Shown here piece after piece: positions 39,201-55,000 of a DNA stretch of 64,000 nucleotides. The notes beneath the pieces are model-generated. The model did not search any database and was not told where the DNA came from. It was given only the letters and a program-made list of their open reading frames with translations. The DNA is from Antedon mediterranea (lineage: Eukaryota; Animalia; Echinodermata). The DNA is taken from NCBI RefSeq assembly GCF_964355755.1, contig NC_092673.1, forward strand, positions 2,294,001 through 2,358,000, in the 5' to 3' direction. How positions within the stretch are numbered: the first letter of the stretch is position 1; every line of letters begins with the position of its first letter. Made by a program: the position numbers and the translations under genes.

Positions 39201-41589
39201 TTTAAGGAAAACAAGATTTTCATCATCGAAAATTCTAGCCTTGATTTTTGTTATTTTTCTATAATGTCTATTTTAGGAATATCATTTTTTTATTTCTAAT
39301 TGCTTGACATAAAAATTTTTTCATTGAGCAACTTTTTTTTTCATTGAGCAACTTTTTTTAAAAGTAAAAATAAAAAAAAAAACAGTGTAAATACATAAAA
39401 CACGCTATGATATTAAGATTTAAGTTAAAGATGAAAAAATTATTTGTTAATCGGATTATCAATCATTTTGAGATGTTCTTATACTTTCATTTCCGGTAGA
39501 TTTTATTCACACAGATTATAAATGTGTATTAGCTTTTGCAGAATGCGATATTGTCGTCTTGTGAAGTAGTCCGCTGACTGATAGATAGCTACAGAATATA
39601 AGATTGATTATTTAAGATTTTGATGTTTTTTCTCCTTATGTGTGCTAAGCTAGTTCTATTTTTTGTCTATTTTTGTATATCTGACTTTACATATTTTAAC
39701 ACAGTTCATGTGAATCCTATGACCTTAGCCTGGATACATATTTCCAAATGGGTAGAATTTAGAAAGAAACCAGGGCTGGAAATGTTTACTTAAGTAAGGT
39801 AGGTTAGTGTTTAATTAAGTGAAAACTGATGCTTTTTTTATAAAGTCATTTTTGTCTTATGAAATGAACTTTTTGTACTGATACTACTGTAACCCTCCTT
39901 CCAAATTGTATAGTTGTAGTATTATATCATAACAATACTTGATGGATATTTATTAGTAAAATGTGATTTATTGATATTAGATAATAATCCGATTCTCTGT
40001 AAAGTTATTGTAATTATATTGTTATTCCTAAGCCTACTTCTGTTTATGAGTACCATTTAGTGTCATCTGATTAACTTTTTAATAAATGAGAATTTCTTAA
40101 GAATAATAGGATAGAGTTTTTTAAGAAATGAAATATTTTCTTTGGTTATTAATTACCAATAACAATCAATCAACCAATTAAAACCAAAATCTGTCTTTAC
40201 TGACGACAGAGCTAATACATTTTATTTACGTTTAAACTTGGTCACATCTGACACACAGACATTAAAATCACTAGTGGGATGTTGCCCTACAAATATATCA
40301 CAAATATGCCATATAACGATAGTTAAATATTTAATAGTTTTTACTTAAAATGTGGCTAAGTGATAACAGCCCGTGCTTGCGTATGAACAGCATGTTTTTA
40401 CACTATACTAGTTTGCCAATGAAATTTTAATAGTGTGTTGTGTATTCTACACACCGTTGTGATGGATGCTAACTTGTTTGTAAACGCTGGAAGTTGTCAA
40501 CAAATGCCATAGTTAATTATTCAATACTGGCCTAGTTTAAATACGGTTATAAGTTTACTGTTCTTAATACTATTTAGTAGGTTCTGTTCCATCTAAAAAA
40601 GAAAATAAATCAAGATTTTTATAATATTTTAAGTAAAAACTTGATAGTTAAAAAACAATTTATCGTTACTTTTTTTTTAAATAATGTAAATTTTTCTTCA
40701 TTTGCTTGAGAAAATTTAGACTAATATACTTAATAGTATTTGTGCACAAAATCATTTTTTAGTCCTAACTTTTGAACATACTTTTAGTTATTTTATGTTT
40801 TTCCTAGTGCAGTGTATTAAAGTCATAAATACTTTCTGGTCAGTCCTGGACGTATTGCTTTATAAATCATATTTTTGCCTTATTTCTAGTTATTTGTTTG
40901 ACAAGCGCATTTCCCCGATTGTAATAATTACCAAATGATTTCATTCTTTGAACTTTGACCTCTATGACAATTATCCAACAGAAAACCTTGCCTTACGAAT
41001 GAAATCACCGAGTGAACTAGCCAGAATTTTTGGAGGCGGTAGTTGGGGCGTTAAGACGGTCCAAGACAGTAAGTTTGATCTTTGCAACCGCTCTGCTAGC
41101 CCAAATGTTATGTTGTAGCGCATCCGTCGAGATAATTTTCTAGTTTTTTTGTCATGAATATCATTTATAATTTTGCATCCTTTTTTATTTTTGCCATGTT
41201 TTAAATTTATTTATCTTCAGTTGCATTCAGTAGTGTTGTTTGTTGTATTTTGTTAAATTTTTTTTTAAATAAAAATTAATAAAAATGCATGATGAAAATA
41301 GTTTATTTACTTCAAATCTCTAAAGTACGATCGGTTTTGAAAATATTACTATTGATTGAATTTTTTTATAAGCCTTGCTAAAAATTATTTCACTGAAGAA
41401 AAGACAATAAAGTAATCAATAAAAATTATAAATTTCTTTTGAAGTATATAGTGTCCATTTAAAATAAATTAATATTGCATTGCATGAGAACGTGGTTGTT
41501 GTATGGCATGTTTGTATGAATAATTGTTGTTAGTTTAGAGTTGTTGTAAATTCTTTTATTGATATTAATTATTTATTAATTATTTATTT

Positions 41590-41731
41590 TTTATACTGGG
41601 TAGCCTCTTCAGTCTAAGACTGTTCTCCCAGAGGGCCCAGTGTATATGATGAGTTTGTGACAGTGGCTGTGTGTGAACTTGTACACCGGGGTAACCCCCT
41701 ACACGTCTCGAAAGATGTACTAGGTTCTTAA
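41590..41731 (-). mobile_element. Deu-like SINE, 5'-truncated
   Basis: tatactgggtagcctcttcagtc...caccggggtaacccc...gaaagatgtactaggttctt matches 43915-44045. Confidence 0.75.
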
Positions 41732-43889
41732 AATAATGGTAGGCTAAAACACAATGTTTAGTGTAAATCTTGATCCAATTTTGTGTTTGGAGAGAGGGGC
41801 TTAGACCCTAGAACTGATAACGTTAGGATGAAACCACTGGGTAGGTTTAATGCACTTTTCTTTCCGTAAGTAAAACAGATTTGTCATCGGTAAAGCCTTT
41901 CTACCAGTTTGTCACGTTGCCAATATCAAATTTGGCTTCAATTTTGGTTTTACTTTGTTCGATTTTGTAGTCGGAATAATCTAGAAAAATATATTTAGAA
42001 AGTTTCCCTGATGCTTAAAACATCTGGGTTCAAGTCTAATGATTTAACAATGATAATGGTAGATTTTTAAAGGCATGATTAGGAATATTTCAACCACTGA
42101 AAATGACCAGACTACTATAATTGCATAGGAAACAACCAGATTTACAAAAATGGAAACCACATTTATCACAAGATTGTTTGAGATCTCTTAACAAGGAGAA
42201 GATCCAGCAGTAGCATTGGGGGTGAGGGCCTTTCGATTTAAGGTAAAACAACTAATTAAATGATATCTAGTTCTGAAAGACTATTATAAATAATGTTAGT
42301 GCTTCCCGTTTAAAGAAATCCGCCCCTGTTACCGGTATAAAATCGATGGCCTAGGTACTACTACTGTACAACTGTGCCCTCTGAATTTAAAGCTAAGCAT
42401 AGCTACTTTAGTCCTCCTAAGCAATATGCTACCAATTGTACATTTGTCATCACCAGTGAAGAGCTTATGAAGGCAGGAAACGCCGTTCTGACTGTTTAAA
42501 AGCGCAGCGGTAGGCTGAAAGGCGAGCATTAATATAACCCTGGAACAATCACTCTATTCGTACAGGAAACAGGCTTAAGAAACATTCTTGAATAATCATT
42601 TAATCAACAGCTGTCTTATTTATTTAGTACATTCATAAAATTATTGTACAAAAATTTAAGTTATCACCTCAAAATCTTGTCCTTGATACTTTGATTATTT
42701 TAGATGCTCGTTTAAAATTGTTTGTTCTATGGTAAAATAATTGATTTTTTTTCCTCCAATTTTCTCTCTGAAATTTGAATAATTTATACAGCTGTGTTGG
42801 TAACCTTGGGTTTGTTTTATCTTGGAAGACTTTAAAATAATTTATTTAAACATTATTTTAGTTGATAATTGTAATCAATAAAGGCACACTAAATGATAAT
42901 TGTAAGACATTTGTCATCGCGATTCCTTCTTTGACAAATAATGTAGAATATTTAAATAAATTACAAATAAAAATTGTTGGACTTGAATGATTTTCTTTAA
43001 TCAATAAGCAGTGTGGAATTTTTACATAATAATACATAGTCTATTCATATCAAAGTTGTAAAAATATTTAAATTTGCATTTCTCAAAATTACATTGTATT
43101 ATTTTTTATTACATCTATATTATCGACTGATATGAAAACTATATTAAAATTGGCAAAATTAAAATTAAACTTAATAAATATTTGTCTCATCAATATTTAA
43201 TATGGAAAAGTTGATATTTAGTTAATTCAGAATTAAATTAATTTGTAAGTTTTGATATAAAACTATATTAATAAATTTTAACATATAATTGTCAATAGAC
43301 AAAAAAATACAAATTTTAATATACAGTATACAGTTGTCAGTTCAGTTGATTATTTACTTAATTTATCATATTAAATATTACATAATAAAATATAGAATTG
43401 TATTGGAAACCATTTTAACAATATATTATTATTTTAGGAAACCATTTTAACACTACAATATAGTATTATTCGTAAATATTTAAAATTAGATTCAAACTTA
43501 ACAGTAACACACAGTTCATTTGTGGTTAAAAATAGATTTATTAACAGTAGTTTTGTAACAACTGATTTACAATACCTTTTGTTCACATGCTTATTGTTAG
43601 TTTTGTTGCCATTGTTAGGAGCTTAATGTCTGGTGCCCTAGATTGAGGATAACAATTTCAATATGAAAAAAATGTAATGCATATTTGCCCTAAAGTTCAT
43701 AGGTCAGAGAACTTTATAATAAAACTATTTTTGAAAGGATTGTTTTATAGAACTATACAATTCAAAGTTACACATTTTTTTATTTTTTTTGTGATAAAGA
43801 CATGGGAATTATAGAGTAACTATCTAATCTAAACGATACATATATGTTTTTTATACTAATTATTTTGTCCGGTAGTTATTGAATTGATT

Positions 43890-44218
43890 GAAATTGATTG
43901 ATTGAAATATATATTTATACTGGGTAACCTCTTCAGTCAAAGACTAGTCTCCCAGAGGGCCCAGTTATGATCAGTGGCTGTGATGTACTAATACACCGGG
44001 ATAACCCCCTACTCGTCTCGAAAGATGTACTAGGTTCTTTAAAGTGCACACGAGCTAGATGTGTACACTGGACCTACGGTTTATAGACCTTATCCGAGAA
44101 GACTCGTTCTACCACCAGAGCCATGTAGTGAGTGAGCCTCGAACCCCTGCCGATGTTATGGCTACGTACGGTATTAATTATGGTTCCACTGTCTTAACCG
44201 CTCGGCCACTCGCTCACT
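43890..44218 (-). mobile_element. Full-length tRNA-derived Deu-like SINE
   Basis: Reverse complement of 60284-60611: A box tggccgagcggttaag, B box ggttcgaggct, Deu-like core, (caat)n tail. Confidence 0.85.
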
Positions 44219-45565
44219 CACTCACTCACAGTTATTATATTATTTAGCACTTTTTAAGCAAATTTATATTTTGATTGAAACGAAGAACAGTATGTATTTG
44301 TTGGTTTGCACGATACATATACTCTTAATGATCTTTGTATTAAACCCGAACAAGCACGTAAAATTGTATGTGAAATATTTGTTTGTTTTAGCATAAACAA
44401 GATTTTATTCGGCATATTTTAATCATACCAGAATTTTATGGCCCGTTTTATCGCATAATCTATGTATACATTATTAATGATGACAAAAAAGTTAAATTAT
44501 GAATGGTTTGCTGGTTATTACAACAGGGCTTCACCTGCTGGCGTGTGTGCGCCACACACTACAATTAGGAGATTAATATAAAGATAGGAGAGTTCTTTGT
44601 GCGAGGTAAAGGAAAAAACAGTGTTATAAAGTAGATTTTCAATGCAGGAATTTGTTACAGGAAGGAAGAATCATTAAGCTGAATGTCGACGGAAGTTAGT
44701 TCGGTAGTTAACAGAATTCAGTCCTATGTCATCCTTTCTGAGCGGGGTGTTAATATTGTTCATTTTATTTAACCATTAATAGCAATAGCTCTTCCTGTTT
44801 CTCCTGTCGTTGATATCATAAAATGGTGTCCTTATTGGCAGTTTCATTGATTGTTCAATATAATGCTATTGAGAATGAGATAATTTGAGTGAGCTGGCGT
44901 GTGATGTTTTTTAACAGTACTTTATTAGTCGTTTAAAACTAGTACCATCGACGACCTCTGTTGGTACAAATTGGGTCACGATGGGTCAAAGTTTTAAACA
45001 TGATCATTGCTGTGCAGACTAAGAATTTCCTGTATAGCCCAGTCTAGGTTTTTTTTTTCATCGTAATCTAGGCTATATCATCTACTTGAATTTGGAGTTC
45101 CTTTTCAAGTAATTAACAGGGCCTGCGTGTGGCATATATTGAATTACCAATTTTTCAAATGAACTGATTTTTTTTTTATTAATAGGCCTAGTTTTTCCTC
45201 CATGCATTAATCATTAAACTGCTACTACTCTTTAGTTATAGGTTTATTAGTACATGTATAATGCCATTTAATAGGTATTTTAATAGATTAATTGATTTGA
45301 TATATTAGTTAATGCTTTTCAACCCAGTTTTATTTGAGCATAGAAATTTTTAAAATTCAAAGGCATTATTTGAGTTCTAAAGCCGAAAATTCAATAACAA
45401 AACATTATCCAGTATAATTTAAATAAATTGTACATTTTACGACATATATTTGAACAATATCGAACAATACCTCAGATTCCTTCTAATTATTAAGCACTTT
45501 GTGTTCAGATTATATACACAAATTATAAGTCCATTCAAATACTTCTGGAACACAACCAACTTTAA

Positions 45566-45848
45566 AAGATGTATTGTCCCTCAAAAACATGAAAAATGAA
45601 GATTAATAAAAGCACACTTTAAATAGGCCATTTTGTAGTTTTAAAAAACTTAATAATTTCCATAGAAAAAAACTCCCAAAAAATAATATTTTTACTTATA
45701 AAATAACATAATAAATGATTAAATTCAACCAAAAACCCATTGGCTGGCAGCCAATTTGACTATTTTCTGCTCTAAATTACAGTTTTTTTTAAAATTGCAT
45801 ATTAAAAAAAAATGTTTAAGAATTATTTTTCATGGGGACAATACATCC
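45566..45848 (+). mobile_element. MITE family D (Kolobok-like, TTAA flanks)
   Basis: TIR gatgtattgtccc / gggacaatacatc with TTAA on both sides. Confidence 0.78.
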
Positions 45849-46395
45849 TTAATTGGACGATAACCAATATTCAAGTCACTCATCAGTCAGGTTTTTTTTT
45901 ATATTTTGTTGGTTGACGGCTTAAACAACACCGTCATTGAATAAGCCATGTTTTAATAAAAAGGACATGACTCCACAACTTATATAATTAGTGTTGAGAT
46001 AAATTATAAATTAAATTTTCCTGGTAGAAAGTGCACTGGTCACCGGTTTATTTTTGGAATTGGGTTAATATTGGCCGTCAAGATCTGGCAATAGTTGACC
46101 AAGTTATGACTACCAGATAAAATGATTTCAATATGTATTATCGAGCCTTCTGAGAAATCAATTAGAAATCTGTAGATTACTTAAATTTGATGTTGATTTA
46201 CTAAATTGTTGACACGATGCATTCAAACTATATATCATTTTATTTTTATTAATTTTTTTGTATAATTTGATAAAAAAAAGCCACCAAAATGAGTAAGAAT
46301 TAAAATTCATGTATGTAGGCCTATATAACTATTATGTGGTTTTTAGTGCAGTCTTGTTAGAAAGGAAAAACATTTTAAAACATTTTTTAATATAA

Positions 46396-46608
46396 TATAC
46401 AAAAATATATTTATTTCTAAAAATACCTAGTATTCATTTTTAAATTAAGGTAATTTTTGTATACATTCGTTCACTTTTCTGCAGTTTTTAATGCAATCTT
46501 GTCAAAACAAAAATGGGAAAAAAATTTGTTTATATACAAAAAATATATTTATTTTTAAAAATACTAGTATTCATTTTTAAATTTAGGTAATTTTTTTTAT
46601 ACACGTCG
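46396..46608 (+). repeat. Local direct duplication of about 75 bp (46396-46470 and 46533-46608)
   Basis: tatacaaaaatatatttattt.taaaaatac.tagtattcatttttaaatt.aggtaattttt occurs twice. Confidence 0.8.
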
Positions 46609-48171
46609 TACATTCTTTCAAAATGTGTATTTAAGATATGTATGTGAATGGGCATTAGTATTATTTACAAGACCTACATTTAATCTCCACTCTAAACTCT
46701 TAACCAGTCCGTGAATAAATAGATTTGATAATTTTTCGAGTTCTACATTTGCATAACACCTCAAGACCTAAACATCATTAGAATGGGTAGATAGATAACA
46801 TCCGCTGAGGAGTCCTACATTTGAAGTGTGAAGGAGGGAAGAGCCAAAAGCAAAAAGAGTAACATCTTTATTATCGCGTGTCAAAGTTGATGTCACGATA
46901 ACTCAAAGTAGATTTTATACATTTATTGATAAAGTTTTTATGCTGATTAAGTTACCTTTGTTCATTATACTTTTTTTAAATTGAATATATTTTCAAAAAT
47001 GTCCAGTTAATGGATGGAACTTTAATTAGCAATAATTTGGAATATTAGCACAAAAAAAAATAATGAAAATTAAATTGAAATTCCATCTTACTCTTAATAT
47101 TAAATTATTCTTACAAATTAAAAAAGTATATTTTTGTTTATATCCAATCTTTATGCTCTTTCTCAATAGAATAGTATGTTACAATCTATTGATGTTTTCA
47201 ACATCTTAATGTTTTTCTTTTCTAACCCAAACAAAGTATTAGTGATAAATACATTTAAAAGATAATTTGACTTCTTCGTAATAACATGAATTCTTGTTTA
47301 AACGCTTCTCTTTGATGTACTCTCACGGGAATCCTGATAGCGGTCATGGAGCAACGAAGATCATGATCAAACACATCTGATGCGAAAATGTTCGGGGACA
47401 AAATTTAATTTTTATAACTATCTCGATCTTTGGTTTCAACATTTGTTGCTTAATCCGCAGCTCAAACTGAAACTAGCAACATCTAATTAATTAAACCGAA
47501 GTCGGTCTTTTAAAACGGCAACCCACTTCTGCGTGACCTCTGTTTGTTGTTTTTTTATTTCCTTCTCGAGCTATAATACTCAACCATTACTTGTTTGGTA
47601 TTGGAATTAATACGTTAACTTTCTCATCATTGCGTTTAATATCCTGGCTAGAAAGTGTGCGACCATGTGATATGTGTCAGAGATACTAATACGTGGCCAT
47701 GACTTTTTGAGTCCGGAATCAAGTAGTTTCTCGCGGATGATAGTATAATCTCCCCAGAAGTCGTTGTGCACTTACGTTGAGCAATTGAAGAAATCTTATG
47801 TCAATCGAAACAAATCGCCGATTGAAAATGTCTGTAATGGCAACAGTAGTAGAAGTTGAATTAACGCATGTAATGCCATCAATCTGTTGTCAGATACGAG
47901 AATTATACTCGAACATACTCGATGAATAATCGCTTCTCTTGACCTCACCGTATCCAAATACTTTTTATATAGGATTTACTAAATGTATGCACGTTTTTAA
48001 GTAAATTGCTAACAAAAGTCTTTAGGATTTAAATTCTTGGGAATACTTACCTAATCTTATTGATAAATACTCCTTAAAGATTTAACTTAACTAATGTGTC
48101 TGTATGTAAAAATACTCAATCTTGTCATTTTTCTTTATATTTATTTTTTTATGCAATTCATGAAGACTTAA

Positions 48172-48447
<276 letters not shown>

Positions 48448-50396
48448 TAAATATATAAGAATTTTTTAGAGATACCTTTTTCACAAACAATAAATAATAT
48501 GGTCTACATAAAGAAAATCTCTTGAAAGTCTTGAAGTGGAGTTTCAAGCAACAAAGCAGAGCGCCCATCAACAGCAAATAGGGAGTTTTCGATTTGCGAC
48601 GATCTGCAGCCTAGAAACTGGTTCATTCATTGGGATGCGCTTCACTCAACTCCTGGTGGATTTATATGTCCAAAATTTGCGTAGGTCATCTTAATTAACT
48701 GGAGAAGTAGAAAATGACAATTTAAAATAAAAAATGTAATACTAAATTCTGAAATGTAAAGTACCACAAAACATTTATGCTTTTTTAATAATTAAGAATT
48801 TTTTTAATATATAACATTTATTACAGAAAATATACCAAAGTTTATTAAATCAATAAATGAATTTTTCAAAATTAATTTACATATTCTAGTCACATTGACT
48901 TTTTTTCATGGAAAGACAATGATGCTTTGTTCAATTCTCAGACAGGTGAACAATTTACATAGCACAAAATAAAAATAATAATTTATCGTGCAACTAGACA
49001 AGGGAATATACTCACAGATGGTTGGAGTCACATCAAACAAGATTGCTATAAGGCAAAAATGGACAATACCATTGGTAACAGTGATGAATTAGTTGCGAAG
49101 GGGAAACATATTAATGAAGCAACCCATTCTTACAATAATTACACCCTATAAACGTAATTCCAGCCTTGATAATCTCACATAGCTACTTTGCATAAATTTG
49201 TTGAATAATAGTTACCGTTTTTTCCCCCTGAATACTTGAGTGAAGGTGTCATGTCGTTGTTTTATACTTATCGCCCCCTTCTGAGACTAGTCACCTCGGT
49301 AACGACATGATTGACAGTTGTACCAGAGGGAGAAAGTGCCTAGCCTTGAATCAGCTAGTTGTCGTAATGAAAATACATTTTTCCACGAACAAATCATATT
49401 AACCGTTTCTTCAATTTTGCATATATATTTTTTAATGTGATGGATTTAAGACGTTTGTTGGTGTTTAAAAAATAATTAAATACATTGACCGTATAACCAA
49501 GGTATTAACTAAGAATAGCCATTTTGCAAATGAATAAATTGGTAGTTGTTTAATTATTTGATATTTTACTTACTGTTCATAAATTGAAACATCACATTTC
49601 AGTTGGTAAATTTTATTTAACGTTAAACTTTCTCTCCTTTTTGTTATTCTTTCATAACAAATCTATGAAAAAGAAAAACTGCTAAGTAAACTTATACTAG
49701 TTTCCGAAAATTCCAATCAAGATTATCATTTCTTAATATAACCAGTGCAAAAACTTACAAGTAGTAATAGTATCGGCTTACATAATATTCTACTTGGCCT
49801 AGCGAAATTCAATTAGAATTAAAATAAAATGTTCGAAAAAACGACATGTTATTCTTATTGAAACTGTCAGAGGCAGAAAATAATCAAATTTAGATTAGTT
49901 AAGTATACACATCACGATTTGCGATATTACATTTTACCGATGTCCTTGAGAAATAATTTATACATGTTGTAATAATTCATACTATCATTGAATTGTGTTT
50001 GGATTATATTCAAATTCGATGTTCTCAATGAGATCCTTGTACGTTGGTTCACTTGCACTCGGTCATGTTTGCGGAGGTAGTTAAGATAGTTTTAATAATA
50101 AATGGTAAACTATATTGCAAGGCTATCTGGATTTTGTTTGCCAAACTTGCGTTTATATTGAAAACAAAGATCTTATTATCTGTATATATATAATTCTTTA
50201 CGTTAAATCATTCGTGAATACGTAAGTGTGCGACATTTCGTTTCATGAATGGTTTAACGCAAACAATTATATACAGATAATTAATACAAAACCAGACGAA
50301 AACTTATAATATCTTATCTTTATATATGTTATATATTTTTGTTGTTTGAATTATAAACCAATCATAATTATTTGGTTAATAAATTAAAATTTATAA

Positions 50397-50562
50397 AGCT
50401 CTGTCTACTCTATCGCACACTATGTGACAAAAAAATGTGATGTGCCCATATATGGACATGATCATGTCATATCACTACCATATTTGAGCATATTACTACC
50501 ATATTTGAGCATATTACTATCATATATATGGGCAATTTGATAGGGTACAGTAGATAGAACTT
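50397..50562 (+). mobile_element. MITE family A, 3' end degraded
   Basis: agctctgtctac...tatgtgacaaaaaaatgtgatgtgcccatatatggacatg... Confidence 0.75.
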
Positions 50563-51398
50563 TAGACAAATCAAAAAAAATTCTTTTAAACCCTATGAAT
50601 AAGGGTGAAGAAAAAATGGAGGGTTGTAAGAAAATGTATGCCAGCACTGAAAACCATGGAAGTTTAAAAATATTTTTCATCCAAAAGTAGCATATTCAAA
50701 ACATTTCATTTGCATTACATCCATACATATGATAATAAAATATTGAAGTTATACCAAAATAATATTAAAATAGTAATTACATTTCTAGTTTAGTTTTTTT
50801 CCTACAGTAACATCTTACTTTATTTGAATTATGTCGTAATTCTCATTTCTAAGTAGAATCAACCGAGTGGTGTAGGTGACAAATTTAAATGCGGATCAAA
50901 CAAACTGTTAATACTCCATCTAGAATGTACTAGGTTTAGGATATAGGATAAATTATTATTCACTGGTGGCTATTTGAAAAATTACAAATTTGCTTGCTAC
51001 TATGGATATAAAATAAAATCTGGGTTAAGGTAAAAAGAAAAATCAGGAAGTCAATTCAATTTTGTGATATGATTTAAAATGTTGGTTATTTAATACTAAA
51101 CAGAAAATCTGGGCCAAGTTAAGATGTACAGTAGGCAAGTAGTCAATTTCTGTGTTCTTTATATTTATTGTCTTTATTAACCCCTGCCGCCATTCCTACA
51201 TATTAGAGGAAGGAAACGTTTCATATTGGGCAAATTAAAAGGCCGGAAACCTTTGAAGGTCATATTGTGTGTGTGTATGCTACCACCTTTGTGGTAGTTT
51301 CCTGAGGGTAGGGATAAGAGTCGAGATGGTTGTGATTGTGATTCACATATTGCAATGCATTCAAATGAATAGAAAGATGAGAGTACTGTTAGCTATAA

Positions 51399-51556
51399 AG
51401 CTCTGTCTACACTATTAAACTAGTTTGACAAAAATAATGTGACGTACCTATATATTGTAGTAATATCCCCAAATATGGTAATGATATGACATCATCATGT
51501 CCATATATAGACACATCACATTTTTTTCACATAAATTTGATAGTGTAGACAGAGCA
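51399..51556 (-). mobile_element. MITE family A
   Basis: agctctgtctacac...tttgatagtgtagacagagc. Confidence 0.8.
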
Positions 51557-51840
51557 TTATAAATGTAAGAGAACCAGCCTAAAATGTCTGGTTTTCCAGA
51601 AAGTCTCTTGTCACTAACTGCTATTTCAATCATAGAACAATAATGTTTTTTGTTTGTTTTTTTTAGTATTCTTTAGGAGTTATAACTGTGTTAGATACCA
51701 ATGGCAACATTTTACAGTTTTTATTATAATATCATAGTTATAATATAAGCAAAATGAAACTCATTTAGCATTCGCATCATACTTTATGCATTTATGTATA
51801 CTACCACCACTAATAGAAACCAAGTATACAGTATTATTGT

Positions 51841-52095
51841 GAGCATGTGTGGTGCAGTGTGTTGGACGCTGGACTACTGATCGTGAGATCGAGGTTCGAA
51901 TCCAACTCTCGCCGCATTACTTGTATCCTTAGACAAGATACTTTACTTACGTTTGCCTCTCTCCACCCAGGTGTATAAATGGGAGTATGTTTCCATACGT
52001 GTTTGGTCCAAAAAATGACTGGGGTAATAATGTGTCAGCGCATTGAGAGCTTGCTTATATGCGCTATATAAGAATGAACTATTATTATTATTATT
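51841..52095 (+). mobile_element. tRNA-derived SINE, second family
   Basis: A box tggtgcagtgtgttgg, B box ggttcgaatcc, core tccttagacaagatact...ctctccacccaggtgtataaatggg, (ATT)n tail similar to the L2 fragment at 376-581. Confidence 0.82.
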
Positions 52096-55000
52096 CTAAA
52101 CATGGCTTCATTTGTGCACATAAATCACAGTATTTTATTCATTTAAAAGAAGTCTTTTGTGACTATTAATTATGTAGCACCAGTGTGATATATATAATCA
52201 TATTATGCTATTAGTCATGTAATGGCCTTCACCCTTTATAAATGTCTACACTTTTCTTTGTTGGTGTGCCATTGTAGAAATACTTATTGATTCTGTACAA
52301 AATATGTACTACACAATTCCTAAGGCATGGAGCAGTTTCTTGGATTGTTAATTTTACTTTGATAGCAATTAATATGATGATATGAATATTAAAAATCAAT
52401 TAGAAATCAGTATCATAGTTATAATTATATCTTCATCATTGTCAAGATGATCATCACTATCATTGTGTAAACCAATTCTGGCAGCCATTAATTAAAATTT
52501 TAAAAACATAAATGCAATCGGCACTGAATTGATCCACGGTAATTATAATATCACATATTAAATTGTCTATTCTTTAATTGCTCTGATGTCTTATCATTCT
52601 TGTCTGGGTAATCTTAATTATCGGGGAGAAAAAACATTTTTTAGTATAAACTATTCTTCTTTTCTCTCAATAATTATTAGAAAGTTGTTTTCATAATAAC
52701 AATAAATTATGAAAAGGGTGTTTTGAATTACTGAAATAAATAATTTAAAAATTTGCTTCACACATTAACATGTGTGAATCTATGTTGAAATAGTAATGAA
52801 GCACTGATACTGAGCTGTTTGTAGGATTGTGTAGAAGAATTCCTTTGTTGAATTTTATTGTTGGTTTTAGTGTTACATTAGGTCGCATTGCCGTAGGCTA
52901 GGACAGATTAAATATGGTTGTTGCATTATTTGCTTATTTAAAATCAAACTGCTGTTTGCAGCAATTTTAACGCCTTATATTAAAAGCGATAGTTTTTCGA
53001 ATAAGTACAGAAAAAAAATATAGAGCTTAATAAATTAACCTTTGTAATATTTGTATATATATTTAATATTTGTATTAAATATACTGACTGACAAATAAGT
53101 TTAAACATGGTTAAAAAGAAAATCCAGTATTTAAAAATGTGTTTTACTAACGAAATATAGAACAAACATCATAGATGTATTAATAATAACAGTACACATA
53201 ATAGGTTAACAGTTTAAAATGAATCTCTGACACACGTGGCTGTGTTTTCGGAAACTTGGACTAGTCGGTACTTTGTCGGCACAACGGCGTCATCTTAACA
53301 TTTCTCGGCATTTTGAAGTGGCGTATAAAATCAAGACGAGCTTTTCACGTTCATCAACCTGTACGTCGTAATCCTACATGTACTTTGCTAGTAAATCGTT
53401 GTGATTCTACTTGCAACGCTAATAGTCATTTAGTGTCAGCTCTATTTTGACTTTGCAATGTCCACATTGGTGATGAGGCCATGAACCAGCGTCTTATTAG
53501 TTTTTCTTTAATATCTCGCTTGTTTTTTCTCATTTTGTTTTTGTCTTTGATAAGCACTTTAAAGATGATTATTTTAATGTGCACATTATTGTACATTATT
53601 ACACAGTCAGAGGATGTCGTCTTCAAAAGACAAAATATTTTACAATATAAATAATGATTATGTTAGTTTTTGTATTAATATTCAGTTGCTAATCCTTAAA
53701 TCAATAGTATTAATATTGATAGTAATTAAAGTGGATATTAATTATATTACATTGGCTTGAATTGATAGTCGTAATTAATACCATGTAATTTGATTGGAAT
53801 TTTAATATTTAATTAAAGTAGTAGTATATAAATAGATATATAAATTAAATATTTCAATGTTTAATCAAAAATTAGTAAAATGTGATTTAGACAAAATTGT
53901 TGTATAGACAGTGTAACCTTAGATTTAACAACATACATTTTTATTTATTTTTAGACTTTTTTTAATTGTTTGTTGTCATCACTTAAACAATTATATGGTT
54001 TAATTAATCAATTTAATTAATATAATTTTTCAATTTAAATTTAAGTAAATATAATTATAGTCTTTTATTTATTTATTTTTTTTTTTCTATCTACATGTAT
54101 ATGGTCACATCAATGTGTCTATTAGTTCACACATAGTGTTTCCATTCATTTATATTTGACTTACAAATTTTCATCTTTATTGCACGATGATAGACATAAT
54201 AATATCTGTAAACTGACGAGATAATGAAATTCAGGAATATTAAAGACATGGGTAGATGATTTGCACAGCTCGTTAATTCGATGCGCCACGGACCACTGTC
54301 GTAATGCCATATGCTCCACCATGTTACGTTACCAGTTTGATACTCAACAATAGCTCATACCACAATGCAGTTCACGTCGACTAAGCTGAGCACACACAGA
54401 GTTAGTCACCGAAACGAAGACATCATCATCATGATCGTTCAACGAAACACACGATGATCATCAGTGATCGTGATTTATTACATTCGTGTTCAGTAGCATC
54501 TAGCTTCCAATCTATCATTTGTTCAATTCGTAATACCATGCATTGTCCTACACACTTGTGTAGTACTTGAATATTAAAGCCACATATTTAATATAGCATT
54601 AAATATTAGAATTGAACAGACATAAAAAAATGATTTTATGATAGTTCTTTTATTTGTTTTTTTATTATTTATACGATACGTTCATTTAGAATAGAAATAC
54701 AGTAGTATACTTGTATGACTAACGTACGCAATAATATAGTCATCTGTATTGTAATGGTATACTACACTAAGAAGCTAAGCAGTCTATTCACTGTTGTTCA
54801 TTATCTGTTGGAAGCAGGGCATAAGATATGTAAAATAATATTTACGCAGAGCAGAAGTGGTTGAATTTATGGGTCATTTATAAATTGCTTGACTTTATGG
54901 CATTGCTGAGACTAGAAAAATGATAATAAAATCATGGCAATTGGCATTATTTGCAAGATGATATTCTCAAGTCAAATACTAAACAAAGGAGACTAATTTC

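Noticed and set aside
51841-51915. tRNA gene (also 60284-60365, 44135-44218, 14520-14613)
   Set aside because: A and B boxes present but no convincing cloverleaf, and each continues into a SINE body and tail.
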